Shown: piece by piece, positions 8,579 to 18,459 of the stretch
Position numbering within the stretch: the stretch's first letter is position 1
Layout: every line of letters begins with the position of its first letter
From: Candidatus Zixiibacteriota bacterium
Lineage (GTDB): Bacteria; Zixibacteria; MSB-5A5; CAIYYT01
Reading direction: 5' to 3'
Assembly (NCBI GenBank): GCA_040235515.1
Contig: JBECKX010000005.1
Location: forward strand, 1-31,836
DNA length: 31,836 nt
The notes under the pieces: model-generated
Database searches by the model: none
Told to the model about the DNA's origin: nothing
What the model saw: the letters and a program-made list of their open reading frames with translations, nothing else
Position numbers and translations under genes: made by a program

Positions 8579-9493
8579 TTATGAACCGGAGATTACGGCG
8601 GCGAGGTGACCACCGGCGGCTGCCAGGCGTTTGCGGGCAGTGCGGTAGTCGATGCCGAGGATGCTCATTGCGAGGGCCGTTTTCACTTCGCCACGCGCGG
8701 AATCAAGGAGGGTGGCGGCGTCATCGTAGGTAATCCCAAGGACTTCGACCAGAATCCGTTTGGAGCGCTCGACGAGTTTTTCGGAGGTAGCCCTCAGGTC
8801 TACCATGAGGTTGCCGTAGCATTTGCCGATCTGCGCCATCGAAGTCGTGGTGATCATGTTGAGAATCAGTTTGCAGGCGGTGCCTGCTTTCATCCGTGTC
8901 GAGCCGGTTAACACTTCAGGTCCGAGGATCGGGTTGATGAGGTGATCGATGTAGGGTGGGGTCTCCTGAAGTTGGTTACAGACGAGGAACGCGGTTGCGG
9001 CGCCATGACTCTTAGCGACTTCCAGTACCTTCAGGGGATATGGTGTACGCCCCGATGCTGCGATGCTGATGGCTGTGTCGTTTGCGGTGGGTTGCAGTTT
9101 TTCGATGTCGCGGCGGGCGGCGTCGGTGTCGTCCTCCACCCCTTCGCGCGATCGCACGAGGGTTCTGCGACCGCCGGCGATGATCCCCTGTACCATCCCG
9201 GGACTGACGCCGAAGGTTGGTGGACATTCCGAGGCATCGAGAACTCCGAGACGACCGGATGTCCCGGCCCCTGAATAGATCAGCCGGCCTCCATTCCTGA
9301 ACGACGCGACGACCCGTTCCACCACCGGAATGATCTGCGGAATCACTTTTCGAACGGCAGCCGGTACCTTATGGTCCTCGCTGTTGATCAACTCCAGCGT
9401 CTCGCGAATAGAGATCGTGTCCAGATTCGCGGAGGCGGGGTTGGCTAGCTCGGTCGTAAGATGTTGAAGTTGTTCGTAGGTTTTACGGCTCAT
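8579..9493 (-). CDS. murQ: N-acetylmuramic acid 6-phosphate etherase
   Basis: LTTELANP, GRLIYSGAGTSGRLGVLDASECPPTFG, EGVED, GPEVLTGSTRMKAGTA and GNLMVD. Confidence 0.97.
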   Translation of the reverse strand: MSRKTYEQLQHLTTELANPASANLDTISIRETLELINSEDHKVPAAVRKVIPQIIPVVERVVASFRNGGRLIYSGAGTSGRLGVLDASECPPTFGVSPGMVQGIIAGGRRTLVRSREGVEDDTDAARRDIEKLQPTANDTAISIAASGRTPYPLKVLEVAKSHGAATAFLVCNQLQETPPYIDHLINPILGPEVLTGSTRMKAGTACKLILNMITTTSMAQIGKCYGNLMVDLRATSEKLVERSKRILVEVLGITYDDAATLLDSARGEVKTALAMSILGIDYRTARKRLAAAGGHLAAVISGS

Positions 9494-10293
9494 GGAGCAA
9501 TTGTGGCGACGGCGGTCACCTGCAGAGGAGCCGGTATGTAGAGCGCTCCGATCTGGCCGGTAACGCCGACCCTGTCAATATTCTCGGAGAACACGGAGTC
9601 ATCGAATTGAATCGGCAGGCCGTTATGGTAGATCGGCTGCTGTGAGCGAGCTACGACCCAGAGGTTGTAGTTGCCCGCCTGGAAATCGCCGGCGCTATTG
9701 CGAAACGCATCGGTAGGTATCGTGCCCTCAAGTCCGCCCAGAGTCTCCTGGTAGCCCACGGCGGTCATCGAACCGGAGGTCTGCTTCGCCAGCAGCATAT
9801 AGCCGGCATCCGCGCTACCTGAAAATGCGGAGGTCCACTCAAGGTTCACCATCGTGTTCGAGAAGACCTGATCGTCGGTCAATCCGTTGGCTTCAAACTC
9901 GAACGCATCGGGAACATCGACAAGCTGCTGGAAATGGAAATCATCGATCGAAGTCGTGATATCGAGTTCGACCGAGGACTTGAGCGAGTCGAGATCGGCG
10001 AGCGCAAAATTGCCGACGTAGGTGCCGTCACCGATCGGATTTACGTTCAAGTCATCGAGCTTGACGGCGCCGAGCACGAAGGCTTCGCCGTCGCGGTAGA
10101 TTTCTACATAGACGCTGACTATGCCGGTGGAGCCATTATGAGTGATGGTACCGTAGATTTCCCAGTTGTTTTTCACATCCCCGTTAGGACTCGTACCGCC
10201 ACAGGCGGTCAACAGGACCACGACCGCGATACAGACTGCGGCTACGAGAGAGTGTACGTATTTTCCGGTGCCGGGATTTCTCAAGCTATTCAT
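9490..10293 (-). CDS. Hypothetical lipoprotein, beta-rich
   Basis: Lipobox LLTAC after a hydrophobic stretch. Stop overlaps the murQ start by 4 bp. Confidence 0.75.
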   Translation of the reverse strand: MNSLRNPGTGKYVHSLVAAVCIAVVVLLTACGGTSPNGDVKNNWEIYGTITHNGSTGIVSVYVEIYRDGEAFVLGAVKLDDLNVNPIGDGTYVGNFALADLDSLKSSVELDITTSIDDFHFQQLVDVPDAFEFEANGLTDDQVFSNTMVNLEWTSAFSGSADAGYMLLAKQTSGSMTAVGYQETLGGLEGTIPTDAFRNSAGDFQAGNYNLWVVARSQQPIYHNGLPIQFDDSVFSENIDRVGVTGQIGALYIPAPLQVTAVATIAP

Positions 10294-10344
10294 CGATTAC
10301 CTCAACTCTATATAGTTCACCACTCCGTGAGAAGTCGACTGCCC

Positions 10345-11025
10345 CTAGTTCTGTTTCGGCAACATCACTCCATTTATTTTGGCCTGGTCGAGCAACAGGT
10401 CGCCGTCATCAATCAGACCGATCCCGCGCGCGTAGAATTCCGAATACTGCGAGGCCGCGCCGATCGGTTCGGCATCGCTGAACCAGACGGAGTCGATGTA
10501 GTCATAATCTATCTTGATACAGCTATCGAGATCAACGTTGTTTATCCGCCTCGTAACATAACCGGCGAAGGTGATTTCGCCGAAGGTCCTGATCGAGTCG
10601 ATATTGCCGGGATTGTTGGCTGGATCAACCAACCCGAGGCTGCTGAAACCGTGCGGCTCGCCCTCCATCAGGTCGAGCGGGATCTGCAGCGGTGGATCGA
10701 ACGATACGGTCCGATCGAGGAGGTGTTGGGCGAAGCGTTCGGAGGTCAGGCTCCAGGCTTGAGTCGTAATGATCCCTTCCATGACGCGCTTGCAGTTATA
10801 GCCGTTGATCGTCGTATCGCCGTCGACCATTCGGATCGTGTTGGCGGAGTTGTAGTACCAGATGTCACCATCGTGCATCGGGAAGTAGCGTTCGCCCGCG
10901 ATGATTTTCGATTTCGGTGGCGGCTCGGGAGGATCATCGCCACAGCCGGTGATTACCAGCGGCGCGATCAGGGGCAAAGAGGCGCAGAGGAACAAAAATG
11001 ATTTTCTAATCAGAGACTTCTTCAT
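10345..11025 (-). CDS. Hypothetical lipoprotein (YFPxxxGxxWxY-type)
   Basis: MKK start, lipobox VITGC, Pro-rich linker, YFPMHDGDIWYY and FYARGIGLI motifs. Confidence 0.78.
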   Translation of the reverse strand: MKKSLIRKSFLFLCASLPLIAPLVITGCGDDPPEPPPKSKIIAGERYFPMHDGDIWYYNSANTIRMVDGDTTINGYNCKRVMEGIITTQAWSLTSERFAQHLLDRTVSFDPPLQIPLDLMEGEPHGFSSLGLVDPANNPGNIDSIRTFGEITFAGYVTRRINNVDLDSCIKIDYDYIDSVWFSDAEPIGAASQYSEFYARGIGLIDDGDLLLDQAKINGVMLPKQN

Positions 11026-11101
11026 CAGATACCTTTGACGCGAGCAGACCGACGGCGCCGGTCAGCCCACAGACGGGGAAATGTTACACCAGATATATAT
11101 A

Positions 11102-11129
11102 TTATCGACTACTTGTTTGAACAAACTTA
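11102..11129 (-). promoter_or_regulatory. Second sigma28-like promoter candidate (lipoprotein-lipoprotein-murQ operon)
   Basis: Minus strand TAAGT-N15-GTCGATAA, with the same spacing as the 8480-8507 element. Confidence 0.4.
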
Positions 11130-11196
11130 CCTGCTATTAGTTTCAGCCGCAATACCTTAGCAAACGGTATCGTGGGCGGTGGCTCAGATTATCTGA

Positions 11197-11225
11197 TTGC
11201 CGTAGAACGCCGGGTCGTTTATCTT
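11197..11225 (+). promoter_or_regulatory. Putative sigma70 promoter directly ahead of the ATG at 11232
   Basis: TTGCCG-N17-TATCTT. The expected +1 falls on or near the A of the ATG. Confidence 0.5.
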
Positions 11226-11231
11226 GCCACC

Positions 11232-12425
11232 ATGAAATCTAACTCATTATCGGACAAAATAGTAGCCACGGCCAGAGAACTCTTCCCCGTCTCTCGTGAC
11301 CTGCGGCGGACACTGCATCAGATTCCGGAGATCGCCTGGGAAGAGACCAAGACTTCTGCGCACCTGAAATCGTTCCTGAAGTCACACGCGATTTCGGCTC
11401 ATTCGATAGCCGGCACGGGATTGGTAGCAGAGATAAAGTCTGGTCCCGGCAAGTGTGTCGCCATCCGCAGCGATATTGACGCTCTGCCAATAAACGAACA
11501 AACCGACTATTCGTTCAAATCGAAGCATCCGGGGAGGATGCATGCGTGCGGCCATGATATGCATATGGCCACGGTATCGACTACGGCGCTGTTGCTGTCG
11601 AGGCTGCGTGACGAGTATCGGGGTACGATAAAACTGTTGTATCAGCCTGCCGAAGAGGCGCCGCCGGGAGGGGCCATCGAGCTTATCAAGGGAGGGGCGC
11701 TGAAGCAGCCGAATGTCGATTTGATTCTCGGGATGCATGTAAACGCGATGTTGCCGGTGGGCAAGATCGGCATCCGTGATGATTCGCTGTTTGCCGGCGT
11801 ACTGGATTTCAATGTAACGATTACGGGCAAGGGTGGGCATGGAGCGATTCCGCATCAAGCGCGCGACCCGATCGTCTGCGCGGCTGCGGTGATTTCGCAG
11901 TTGCAGACGGTAGTCTCCCGCAGCGTTGACCCATTTGAGCCTGCGGTGTTAACGGTGGGGAGGATCGATGGCGGCACCGCCCGGAACGTCATCCCCGGGA
12001 GTTGCGTTCTCCAATGTACGGCTCGCGGTCAGAGCAAGAAAACCCTGAGACTTTTGGAGCGTCGAATCAAAGCGATTGTAAAACATGTAACAGCTTCCCA
12101 CGATTGCAGCTCGGAAATCGACTTCCTGGCCAGTTATCCGCCGCTGTTGAATTCGCGGCGGGCGAATCAGTTTCTCCGTGCGGCAAGTCGTGATCTCTTC
12201 GGTAGAAGCTCGATCATTGAACTGGAAACTCCTTCGATGGGCGGAGAAGATTTCGCACACTATCTTGAACATGTCCCGGGTGCGATGTTTTTCCTTGGAG
12301 TTGGAAACAAGAGAATTGGAGCGATACACAGCTGGCACCATCCTCAGTTCAAGGCTGATGAGGATGCCATCCCGATTGGTGCGGCGGTATTGGCGAAGGC
12401 AGCGATCGATTTTCTGAATGCATAG
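11232..12425 (+). CDS. M20D family amidohydrolase (Acy1/HipO-like); likely start ATG 11232 rather than GTG 11172
   Basis: RRTLHQIPE, RSDIDALP, MHACGHD, QPAEE, GKGGHGA, GGEDF and HHPQF. Confidence 0.93.
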   Translation: MKSNSLSDKIVATARELFPVSRDLRRTLHQIPEIAWEETKTSAHLKSFLKSHAISAHSIAGTGLVAEIKSGPGKCVAIRSDIDALPINEQTDYSFKSKHPGRMHACGHDMHMATVSTTALLLSRLRDEYRGTIKLLYQPAEEAPPGGAIELIKGGALKQPNVDLILGMHVNAMLPVGKIGIRDDSLFAGVLDFNVTITGKGGHGAIPHQARDPIVCAAAVISQLQTVVSRSVDPFEPAVLTVGRIDGGTARNVIPGSCVLQCTARGQSKKTLRLLERRIKAIVKHVTASHDCSSEIDFLASYPPLLNSRRANQFLRAASRDLFGRSSIIELETPSMGGEDFAHYLEHVPGAMFFLGVGNKRIGAIHSWHHPQFKADEDAIPIGAAVLAKAAIDFLNA

Positions 12426-13923
12426 AGTTAGACTGCGAATAGGAATCACGCTTGCGCTGATGAGTGCGCTGGCACTGCCGCTGTCGCTGAGGGCGCAGCA
12501 GATCTACGATTTCTATGCTCCGGGGGACTGGGTTAGTTTCACCAACACCCGCTATATCACCTCGATCGCAACAGGATTCAACACAGTCTACTTCGGAACG
12601 ACGGGGGGAATTCTTCGCTACGATCGAGTCCAGGAGAAGTGGCTTGATCCACTAACCGTCTCAGACGGCATGCCGGACGATAGAATCCGACGGCTGGCAG
12701 TGGATGGGCTGACCGACGAGATCTGGATACAGACCCAGACGGAGGCGGCATACTACAATCCGACGTTCCGCGACTGGAGCTATATTTCGCAGTTCCCGGA
12801 GGAACGGGTCGAACCGCCCCGGATCTCGTTACGCGATCTGCCGCAGTTGTTCACGCCTCCCGGTTATTCCTATTTCAACGAGGGCTTTGTCACCGACAGA
12901 AACCTGTTTCAGTACCAGATAACGGAGTTGCTCAGGGATGACCGCAATCGCATCTGGGCAGGATTATGGGGTCTCGGCCCCGCCGAGATCGACCTTTCGA
13001 CAAATGACCTTGAAGTGATGCCGCAGGGACTTTTTGAGGATGATGTCGCCAGGCTCGATGTCGATGGTAACGAGGTATGGTTCCTGGGGGCGGGTAGCGG
13101 GGTCGAGGGGACGATCACCTACTACAATCAGACATCCGACGTCTGGAAGTACTTCAATCCGCGGCGCAGCGGGGGGATTATCTCTGACCGTTACCTGTCG
13201 ATTGCGCATGACAAGAAGGATGTCTGGGTCGGCACCGAGCAGGGATTGATTCGGATCAACAAGAGCAATCACAGTCTGAGATCATACTCGTTCTATGATG
13301 GCATTTACGGCGATCAGGTAACGGCATTGCTGCCGATAGAGAACAACCTGATGATCGGCACCGAAGAGGGGATATCGGTATTCGACCTGAAGCAGGATTC
13401 GATTTACAACGCCAATACCGACATCACCGAGGGATTGTTGGTCTTCGATTTTGCGATCAATGATCGCACCATCTATGCAGCCACGGAGCGTGGCGTCTAC
13501 TCGTTGCAGTGGGGAGGCAGCAATTGGCTGCCGATTGAGATTGACGATCCCCTGTTGCGGCATTATGTCTATGATATCCAGGTGGTGGATTCGGCGCTCT
13601 ATGCGGTGTCGGACGACGGCGTGGTGGTAGTGGACCTGCGCGATCGTTCGACGCAGGTATGGGACCTTTACACCGAATTCCACAGCATGGAGATGTTCGT
13701 GCTGCTGGTGCACGATGGTGTAATCTGGGTAGCCGGGGATGGTGGACTGTTCCGCTTCAACTCCCGCACCCGGACCTGGTATCAGTACACTGAGAATGAT
13801 GGCTTGATCAGCACGCGGATATCCTCGCTGGCTGCCGATGGAGATTTTATCTGGATCGGCACCGACCGGGGCGCAACCAGATTCTACTGGGCTGATTTCG
13901 GCAGGAGCGACTGGTACAGGTAG
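12418..13923 (+). CDS. Secreted beta-propeller protein (two-component regulator propeller-like repeats)
   Basis: Signal peptide; repeated DG(L/M)P/I..I..LA.D...IW.GT..G units. Overlaps the upstream gene by 8 bp. Confidence 0.8.
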   Translation: MHRVRLRIGITLALMSALALPLSLRAQQIYDFYAPGDWVSFTNTRYITSIATGFNTVYFGTTGGILRYDRVQEKWLDPLTVSDGMPDDRIRRLAVDGLTDEIWIQTQTEAAYYNPTFRDWSYISQFPEERVEPPRISLRDLPQLFTPPGYSYFNEGFVTDRNLFQYQITELLRDDRNRIWAGLWGLGPAEIDLSTNDLEVMPQGLFEDDVARLDVDGNEVWFLGAGSGVEGTITYYNQTSDVWKYFNPRRSGGIISDRYLSIAHDKKDVWVGTEQGLIRINKSNHSLRSYSFYDGIYGDQVTALLPIENNLMIGTEEGISVFDLKQDSIYNANTDITEGLLVFDFAINDRTIYAATERGVYSLQWGGSNWLPIEIDDPLLRHYVYDIQVVDSALYAVSDDGVVVVDLRDRSTQVWDLYTEFHSMEMFVLLVHDGVIWVAGDGGLFRFNSRTRTWYQYTENDGLISTRISSLAADGDFIWIGTDRGATRFYWADFGRSDWYR

Positions 13924-14261
13924 GTGTTAGCTCACGGGTAAGGAAATTGAGTCGAATCGGGGTGCCGGCTGCGGTGCTGAGTGCCGCGATACGGAAGATG
14001 GCGGTCCGATTTCGCTTGTGTTAGGTTAGAAAATGGTGCAAGAGTGCGTTGCGGTCGAGGTTAGGCCGGAGAGACGGCAGCGCTGTTGAAGCGGTTCGTC
14101 CGGCGGTTGATGCGTTCGGGGCAAGCAGGGAGCGGCTGAATCAGGTGCAACATTTTCCGGATAATTTCAGTAGCATAGCTTTGAGCCGCAACTGTCCCGT
14201 GTGAGAGATTGGATCTGCCAGATTATTCGTTGAATTGATACAGAATTGAGAGCGATACAAA

Positions 14262-15782
14262 TTGGGTGAGCGAACAAACCAAAGAAGAAAATCTTGCGGG
14301 CGCAAGTCGCTTCTGCCGCTGCTGTGCCTCGCGCTCTCGCTGGTTTCCGCTCTCCAGAATATCGGACCCGCGCAGGCTGCGGACACCGATGCATTCAATG
14401 AACAGATCATCCAGCGTGACGATCATATCTTAGGCGTGCACGCATTCCAGTTTGACGGCATCGCGGGCAACGAACTGATACTTTTTCTGTCGGGGGATTC
14501 CGGGCGACGCATCGAAATCGCGCGTCAGACGATTGCCACCGACTATGATCTGAATGCACTGACCACGATTCCGCTCCCGGCGGATGTTTTTGCATTTGAG
14601 CTGGTCGATTTTGACGGTGATCAGCGTGATGAGATTCTGCTGGTGGGGCTGCAGCAGCTTTACCTGCTCGACTACGACAGTGGGGGCTTCAGTCCGGGGC
14701 TGCAGACGATACTGACGTATGATCGGCTTTACGCGATTCCTCCTCCCAATTCGGTTACGATTCAGAAGGTCGCCTTTGACCTGACCGGAGATGGGATCAA
14801 CGAACTGGTATTGCCGACCTGGGAAGGGGCGCGCGTGTATGGGAAGGGAAAGAAGGGTTGGGAGTTGAAGGCCTCCCTCAGTTTCAGCGGAGGCTCGGAC
14901 AACGACCTGGCGGGAAACATGCTGACCGTTCATGGTGGACCGGGGATGGTGTTTACCCTGCCGGAGGTGTCGATACACGATGTCAACACAGACAGGATCA
15001 GCGATCTGCTCATCTCGGTTAATGGGGACCTGCTGATCTGGTTTCAAACGGGCGAATTGCAGTTTACCAAGGAGCCGAGTCAGAGTTTGATCCTGCGGCC
15101 GGGATTTCGTCGCAACCTCAGGTTTGCGGCGGCGGCGCTGGCTGACATCAACAACGACCAGTTGATTGACTTCTGTCGTGTCATCACCCAGGGTGACCGG
15201 GATAAATTCAAGACGATCCTGGAAGTATTCCTCGGCAATATTGCCTCCGGTTTTTCGCAGCGACCGTCACGCAGGATCGTAACCGAGGATTTCGCGGTGG
15301 GGCTTTCGCTCACCGACCTCAACGGCAACGGGGCTCACTCGATTGTTGTGGCAACCGTGCCGGTTAGCGCCACGAGCATGGTGAAGGCGTTCGTGGTACA
15401 GCGGATGTCGGTTGAGTTGCGCGTTTACGAATCTGCCAGCGGGTTGGTTGCGGAGGAGCCGACTTCGGTGAAGAAGATTTCGTGCGGAATCGACTTGTTC
15501 GGGACGAAGATGCCGACGCGCTACGTGGGTTGCATGTGCGGTGACCTGAACGGCGACAAGCTGGCGGAGCTGGCGATCGTCAACGATGATGACGAGCTTC
15601 AGGTGTTCCGTGGCGAACAGGAGCCACATTTTTCGGACAAAGCCACAACCGTCAGGGAGGCCAACGGGGTTTACTCGATCGATGCCCACGACCTGAACGC
15701 CGACGGGCGCGACGACCTGATTATGCTCGGTTATGACGAGAATGGTCGCGAGGTCATACACCTGCTCTGGAGCAACCAGTAG
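14262..15782 (+). CDS. Secreted FG-GAP/VCBS repeat protein
   Basis: Signal peptide (..PAQA-AD); several Ca-binding DxDGDxxxD(L) repeats (DFDGDQRDEI, DLTGDGINEL, DLNGDKLAEL, DLNADGRDDL). Confidence 0.85.
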   Translation: MGERTNQRRKSCGRKSLLPLLCLALSLVSALQNIGPAQAADTDAFNEQIIQRDDHILGVHAFQFDGIAGNELILFLSGDSGRRIEIARQTIATDYDLNALTTIPLPADVFAFELVDFDGDQRDEILLVGLQQLYLLDYDSGGFSPGLQTILTYDRLYAIPPPNSVTIQKVAFDLTGDGINELVLPTWEGARVYGKGKKGWELKASLSFSGGSDNDLAGNMLTVHGGPGMVFTLPEVSIHDVNTDRISDLLISVNGDLLIWFQTGELQFTKEPSQSLILRPGFRRNLRFAAAALADINNDQLIDFCRVITQGDRDKFKTILEVFLGNIASGFSQRPSRRIVTEDFAVGLSLTDLNGNGAHSIVVATVPVSATSMVKAFVVQRMSVELRVYESASGLVAEEPTSVKKISCGIDLFGTKMPTRYVGCMCGDLNGDKLAELAIVNDDDELQVFRGEQEPHFSDKATTVREANGVYSIDAHDLNADGRDDLIMLGYDENGREVIHLLWSNQ

Positions 15783-15852
15783 GACTGGCGGAAGCGGCGA
15801 GCTCCACCCGGTGCAGCGGGGTGCCCGTTGCCTGCCACATTCAGCAAAGACA

Positions 15853-15881
15853 TTGACTTTATAGTTTACTGAGATTACTTT
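15853..15881 (+). promoter_or_regulatory. Putative sigma70 promoter of the Zn-ribbon/ybbR/tsaD operon
   Basis: TTGACT-N17-TACTTT. Confidence 0.55.
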
Positions 15882-15980
15882 CCCATTTGACTATTCGGCA
15901 CCGCGATTAGTGAGAGTCGGATCACATCCGAAGCAGTCACAGGTGCATTCAACATCGCAGTAAGAAGGCGGCCGGCAGTG

Positions 15981-16175
15981 ATGACCGAACATGAATTCCC
16001 CCAATGCTTGAAGTGCAAGACCGGCAGGCTATTGCCATTGTCCGATTATGGCCGCGACGGTGCGACGATTCGGTTCAAGGCGTGGGCCTGCTCGAATCCG
16101 GAATGCGGCTTCAACGTACGAATTGACAATGGAGAGATTTCTTACGGCAAGGCGATCTCATCGTCTAATAAGTAG
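15981..16175 (+). CDS. Small zinc-ribbon protein of unknown function (start 15978 GTG or 15981 ATG)
   Basis: CLKC ... WACSNPEC; protein-like composition; stop lies 2 bp before the next start. Confidence 0.78.
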   Translation: MTEHEFPQCLKCKTGRLLPLSDYGRDGATIRFKAWACSNPECGFNVRIDNGEISYGKAISSSNK

Positions 16176-16177
16176 AG

Positions 16178-17122
16178 GTGGGCCGAAGGAAGTATCTGGT
16201 GAGTTTCAACCCATTTAGCAATTTGCCGTTGAAGATTGGCGCTGTGCTGCTGGCGTTTCTGCTGTGGGTGCATGTCGCCACGAATCAGACCTACGAACAT
16301 ATTTTCGAAATCCCATTCAGTTTCACAAATGTTCCGGACGGACTACTGCTGACCTCGAAGACCCCGGAGCACATCTCGATCAAAGTGCGCGGCACGGGCA
16401 AGCAGTTGTTCGGACTGATGACTGATGATATGGTGTACCACTATGATCTTGCCGACTACAAGGCCGGCGCCCAGGTGGTCGAGATGTCGTCTGCCGAGGT
16501 GATCGATATCCTCTCGGGAAGTTACGAAGAGGTAGAGCTGTTGATGCCGAAGCGGGTACAGGTTCGCCTGGAACGGTCGGTCTCACGCGACCTTCCGGTG
16601 ATCGCCGAAGTGGAGGTTTCGCCGGCCGACGGGTACGTTATCATGGGGGAGTTGAAGGTTGCTCCTGCGACGATTAAGGTATCGGGTCCTGAGTCAGTGA
16701 TGAAGAAGCTGAATCATCTGGAAACCGAGCCGCAGTCGATCGGTGGAGTGGTTGAGAGTTTCGTCGCCGAACTGGCGCTGCAGATACCCGATTCGCTGCA
16801 CCTGTCGGTTGCCGATTCGAGTGTGAAAGTCTCGATACAAGTTGAACCCCGTGATGAGCAGCAGTTTGACGGCATCACTGTGAACCCGCCGGAGCGATTC
16901 AACGGCAAGCGCTACCAGTTCACCCCCGCGACGCTCAACCTTGCGATCGGAATACCGCGATCGCTGGCCGGATCGGTTCAAGCCAGTGACATTGGTGTCT
17001 CGTTCAAGATTCCTGAATCCCCTGAAGACTCCACGCTGGTTCCTATCCTCTATAGCCTTCCCGACCGGGTGGATGTAATCAGAAGTTCTGCCGACTCGGT
17101 TTTGATCCTGCGAAAATCATGA
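16178..17122 (+). CDS. YbbR/CdaR-like membrane-anchored protein
   Basis: N-terminal TM (LKIGAVLLAFLLWVHV); YbbR repeat motifs (ISIKVRG, PADGY, PATIKVSGP). Confidence 0.85.
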   Translation: MGRRKYLVSFNPFSNLPLKIGAVLLAFLLWVHVATNQTYEHIFEIPFSFTNVPDGLLLTSKTPEHISIKVRGTGKQLFGLMTDDMVYHYDLADYKAGAQVVEMSSAEVIDILSGSYEEVELLMPKRVQVRLERSVSRDLPVIAEVEVSPADGYVIMGELKVAPATIKVSGPESVMKKLNHLETEPQSIGGVVESFVAELALQIPDSLHLSVADSSVKVSIQVEPRDEQQFDGITVNPPERFNGKRYQFTPATLNLAIGIPRSLAGSVQASDIGVSFKIPESPEDSTLVPILYSLPDRVDVIRSSADSVLILRKS

Positions 17123-18120
17123 GAGTGCTGGGGATCGAGACCTCCTGCGATGAGACCGCGGTTTCGGTGGTTGAGGATCGCACGAGAGTCGTGGCGGACT
17201 TTGTCTATTCACAAACCGACCATGAGCAGTTTGGTGGAATCGTGCCGGAGGTGGCCTCGCGCCAGCAGCTTCGCAAGATCATGCCGCTTTTCACGGCGTG
17301 CAAGAGCAGGTTTCCCATCTCACCCAACTCGATCGATGGTATCGCGGTAACCAGTGGACCGGGGCTGATCGGTTCGCTGATGGTGGGGTTGAATTTCGCG
17401 AAAGCTCTTTCCTACGGCTGGGGGGTTCCATTCATCGGCGTGAACCACCTTGAGGGGCATATCTTCGCAAATTGTCTCGCTGACCCTGAGCTCGCACCAC
17501 CGTTTCTCTGCCTGATTGTCTCGGGGGGCCACACGCTGCTGGTGAAGGTAACGGACTGGGGAGACTACAGGGTGCTTGGCTCCACCCGCGACGATGCCGC
17601 CGGTGAGGCATTTGACAAGGTAGCCAAGTTGCTTGGCCTCGGCTATCCCGGTGGACATAAGATCGACAAACTGGCACGTGAAGGTGACCCGGCTTTCGCC
17701 AGATTCCCCAAAGCACAGTTTAAGTCGGGAGACTACGAGTTTTCGTTCTCAGGATTAAAAACCGCCGTGGCGCTTTATCTGAAGGAGCAGGGTGAGCAGT
17801 TCGCGTCCGAGCACCTGAACGACATTTGTGCTGCGTTTCAGGAAAATGTCGTCGAGGTTCTGGTGGAAACGACGCTACGGGCGGCGCAGGATCACTCTCT
17901 TCAAGTTGTCGCGGTCGGGGGTGGAGTTGCGGCCAACTCGCGGTTACGGGAATTGTTTATGGAGCGTTGTGGAAAGCTGGGATTGCGCGCACTCTTTCCC
18001 GATTTCAAGTATTGCACCGACAATGCGGCGATGATTGCCTCAGCGGGCTGTTTTCGGCTGGGTCGTGGTGAGCGCGCCGGATTCGACCTCAAAGCGGTGC
18101 CTTATTGGCCCCTGGGCTAG
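17119..18120 (+). CDS. tsaD: tRNA N6-adenosine threonylcarbamoyltransferase
   Basis: VLGIETSCDET, GGIVPEVASR, GPGL, NHLEGH, SGGHT, DDAAGEAFDK, FSFSGLKT and CTDNAAMIA. Confidence 0.98.
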   Translation: MRVLGIETSCDETAVSVVEDRTRVVADFVYSQTDHEQFGGIVPEVASRQQLRKIMPLFTACKSRFPISPNSIDGIAVTSGPGLIGSLMVGLNFAKALSYGWGVPFIGVNHLEGHIFANCLADPELAPPFLCLIVSGGHTLLVKVTDWGDYRVLGSTRDDAAGEAFDKVAKLLGLGYPGGHKIDKLAREGDPAFARFPKAQFKSGDYEFSFSGLKTAVALYLKEQGEQFASEHLNDICAAFQENVVEVLVETTLRAAQDHSLQVVAVGGGVAANSRLRELFMERCGKLGLRALFPDFKYCTDNAAMIASAGCFRLGRGERAGFDLKAVPYWPLG

Positions 18121-18385
18121 CAGTTGCACGGCTGCGTTCGCCACTCAGGAACTTCCTCCTATAGCACTATCCAATCAAACCTGGTCTTGCCCGCTTGAGT
18201 GCATGTAGGTTGCCGGATGGTGACCGGTGAGCTGATGCGGAACTGAGTCGGCCGATCCACTTATCGGCAGGGGATGCGAAGTTGGTATCGGTTGAGCGGG
18301 AGAGAGGCCTTGAATGGCAGGCGGGATCACGCAGGAGAGTTCTTGACGGGATGGGGTATCGGGAGGGGTTTACTCCAATAAAAAA

Positions 18386-18459
<74 letters not shown>

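Noticed and set aside
9934..11001. 355-aa plus-strand ORF
   Set aside because: It lies antisense to two lipoprotein genes with clear lipoboxes, has no recognisable motifs, and is a typical high-GC shadow ORF.
11086..11101. ACACCAGATATATATA as an NrdR box
   Set aside because: It is only a half match to the palindromic consensus, and no ribonucleotide reductase gene is adjacent.
13924..14261. About 340-bp G-rich intergenic gap as a possible ncRNA or missed gene
   Set aside because: No convincing hairpin series, known RNA motif or credible ORF could be identified by eye.
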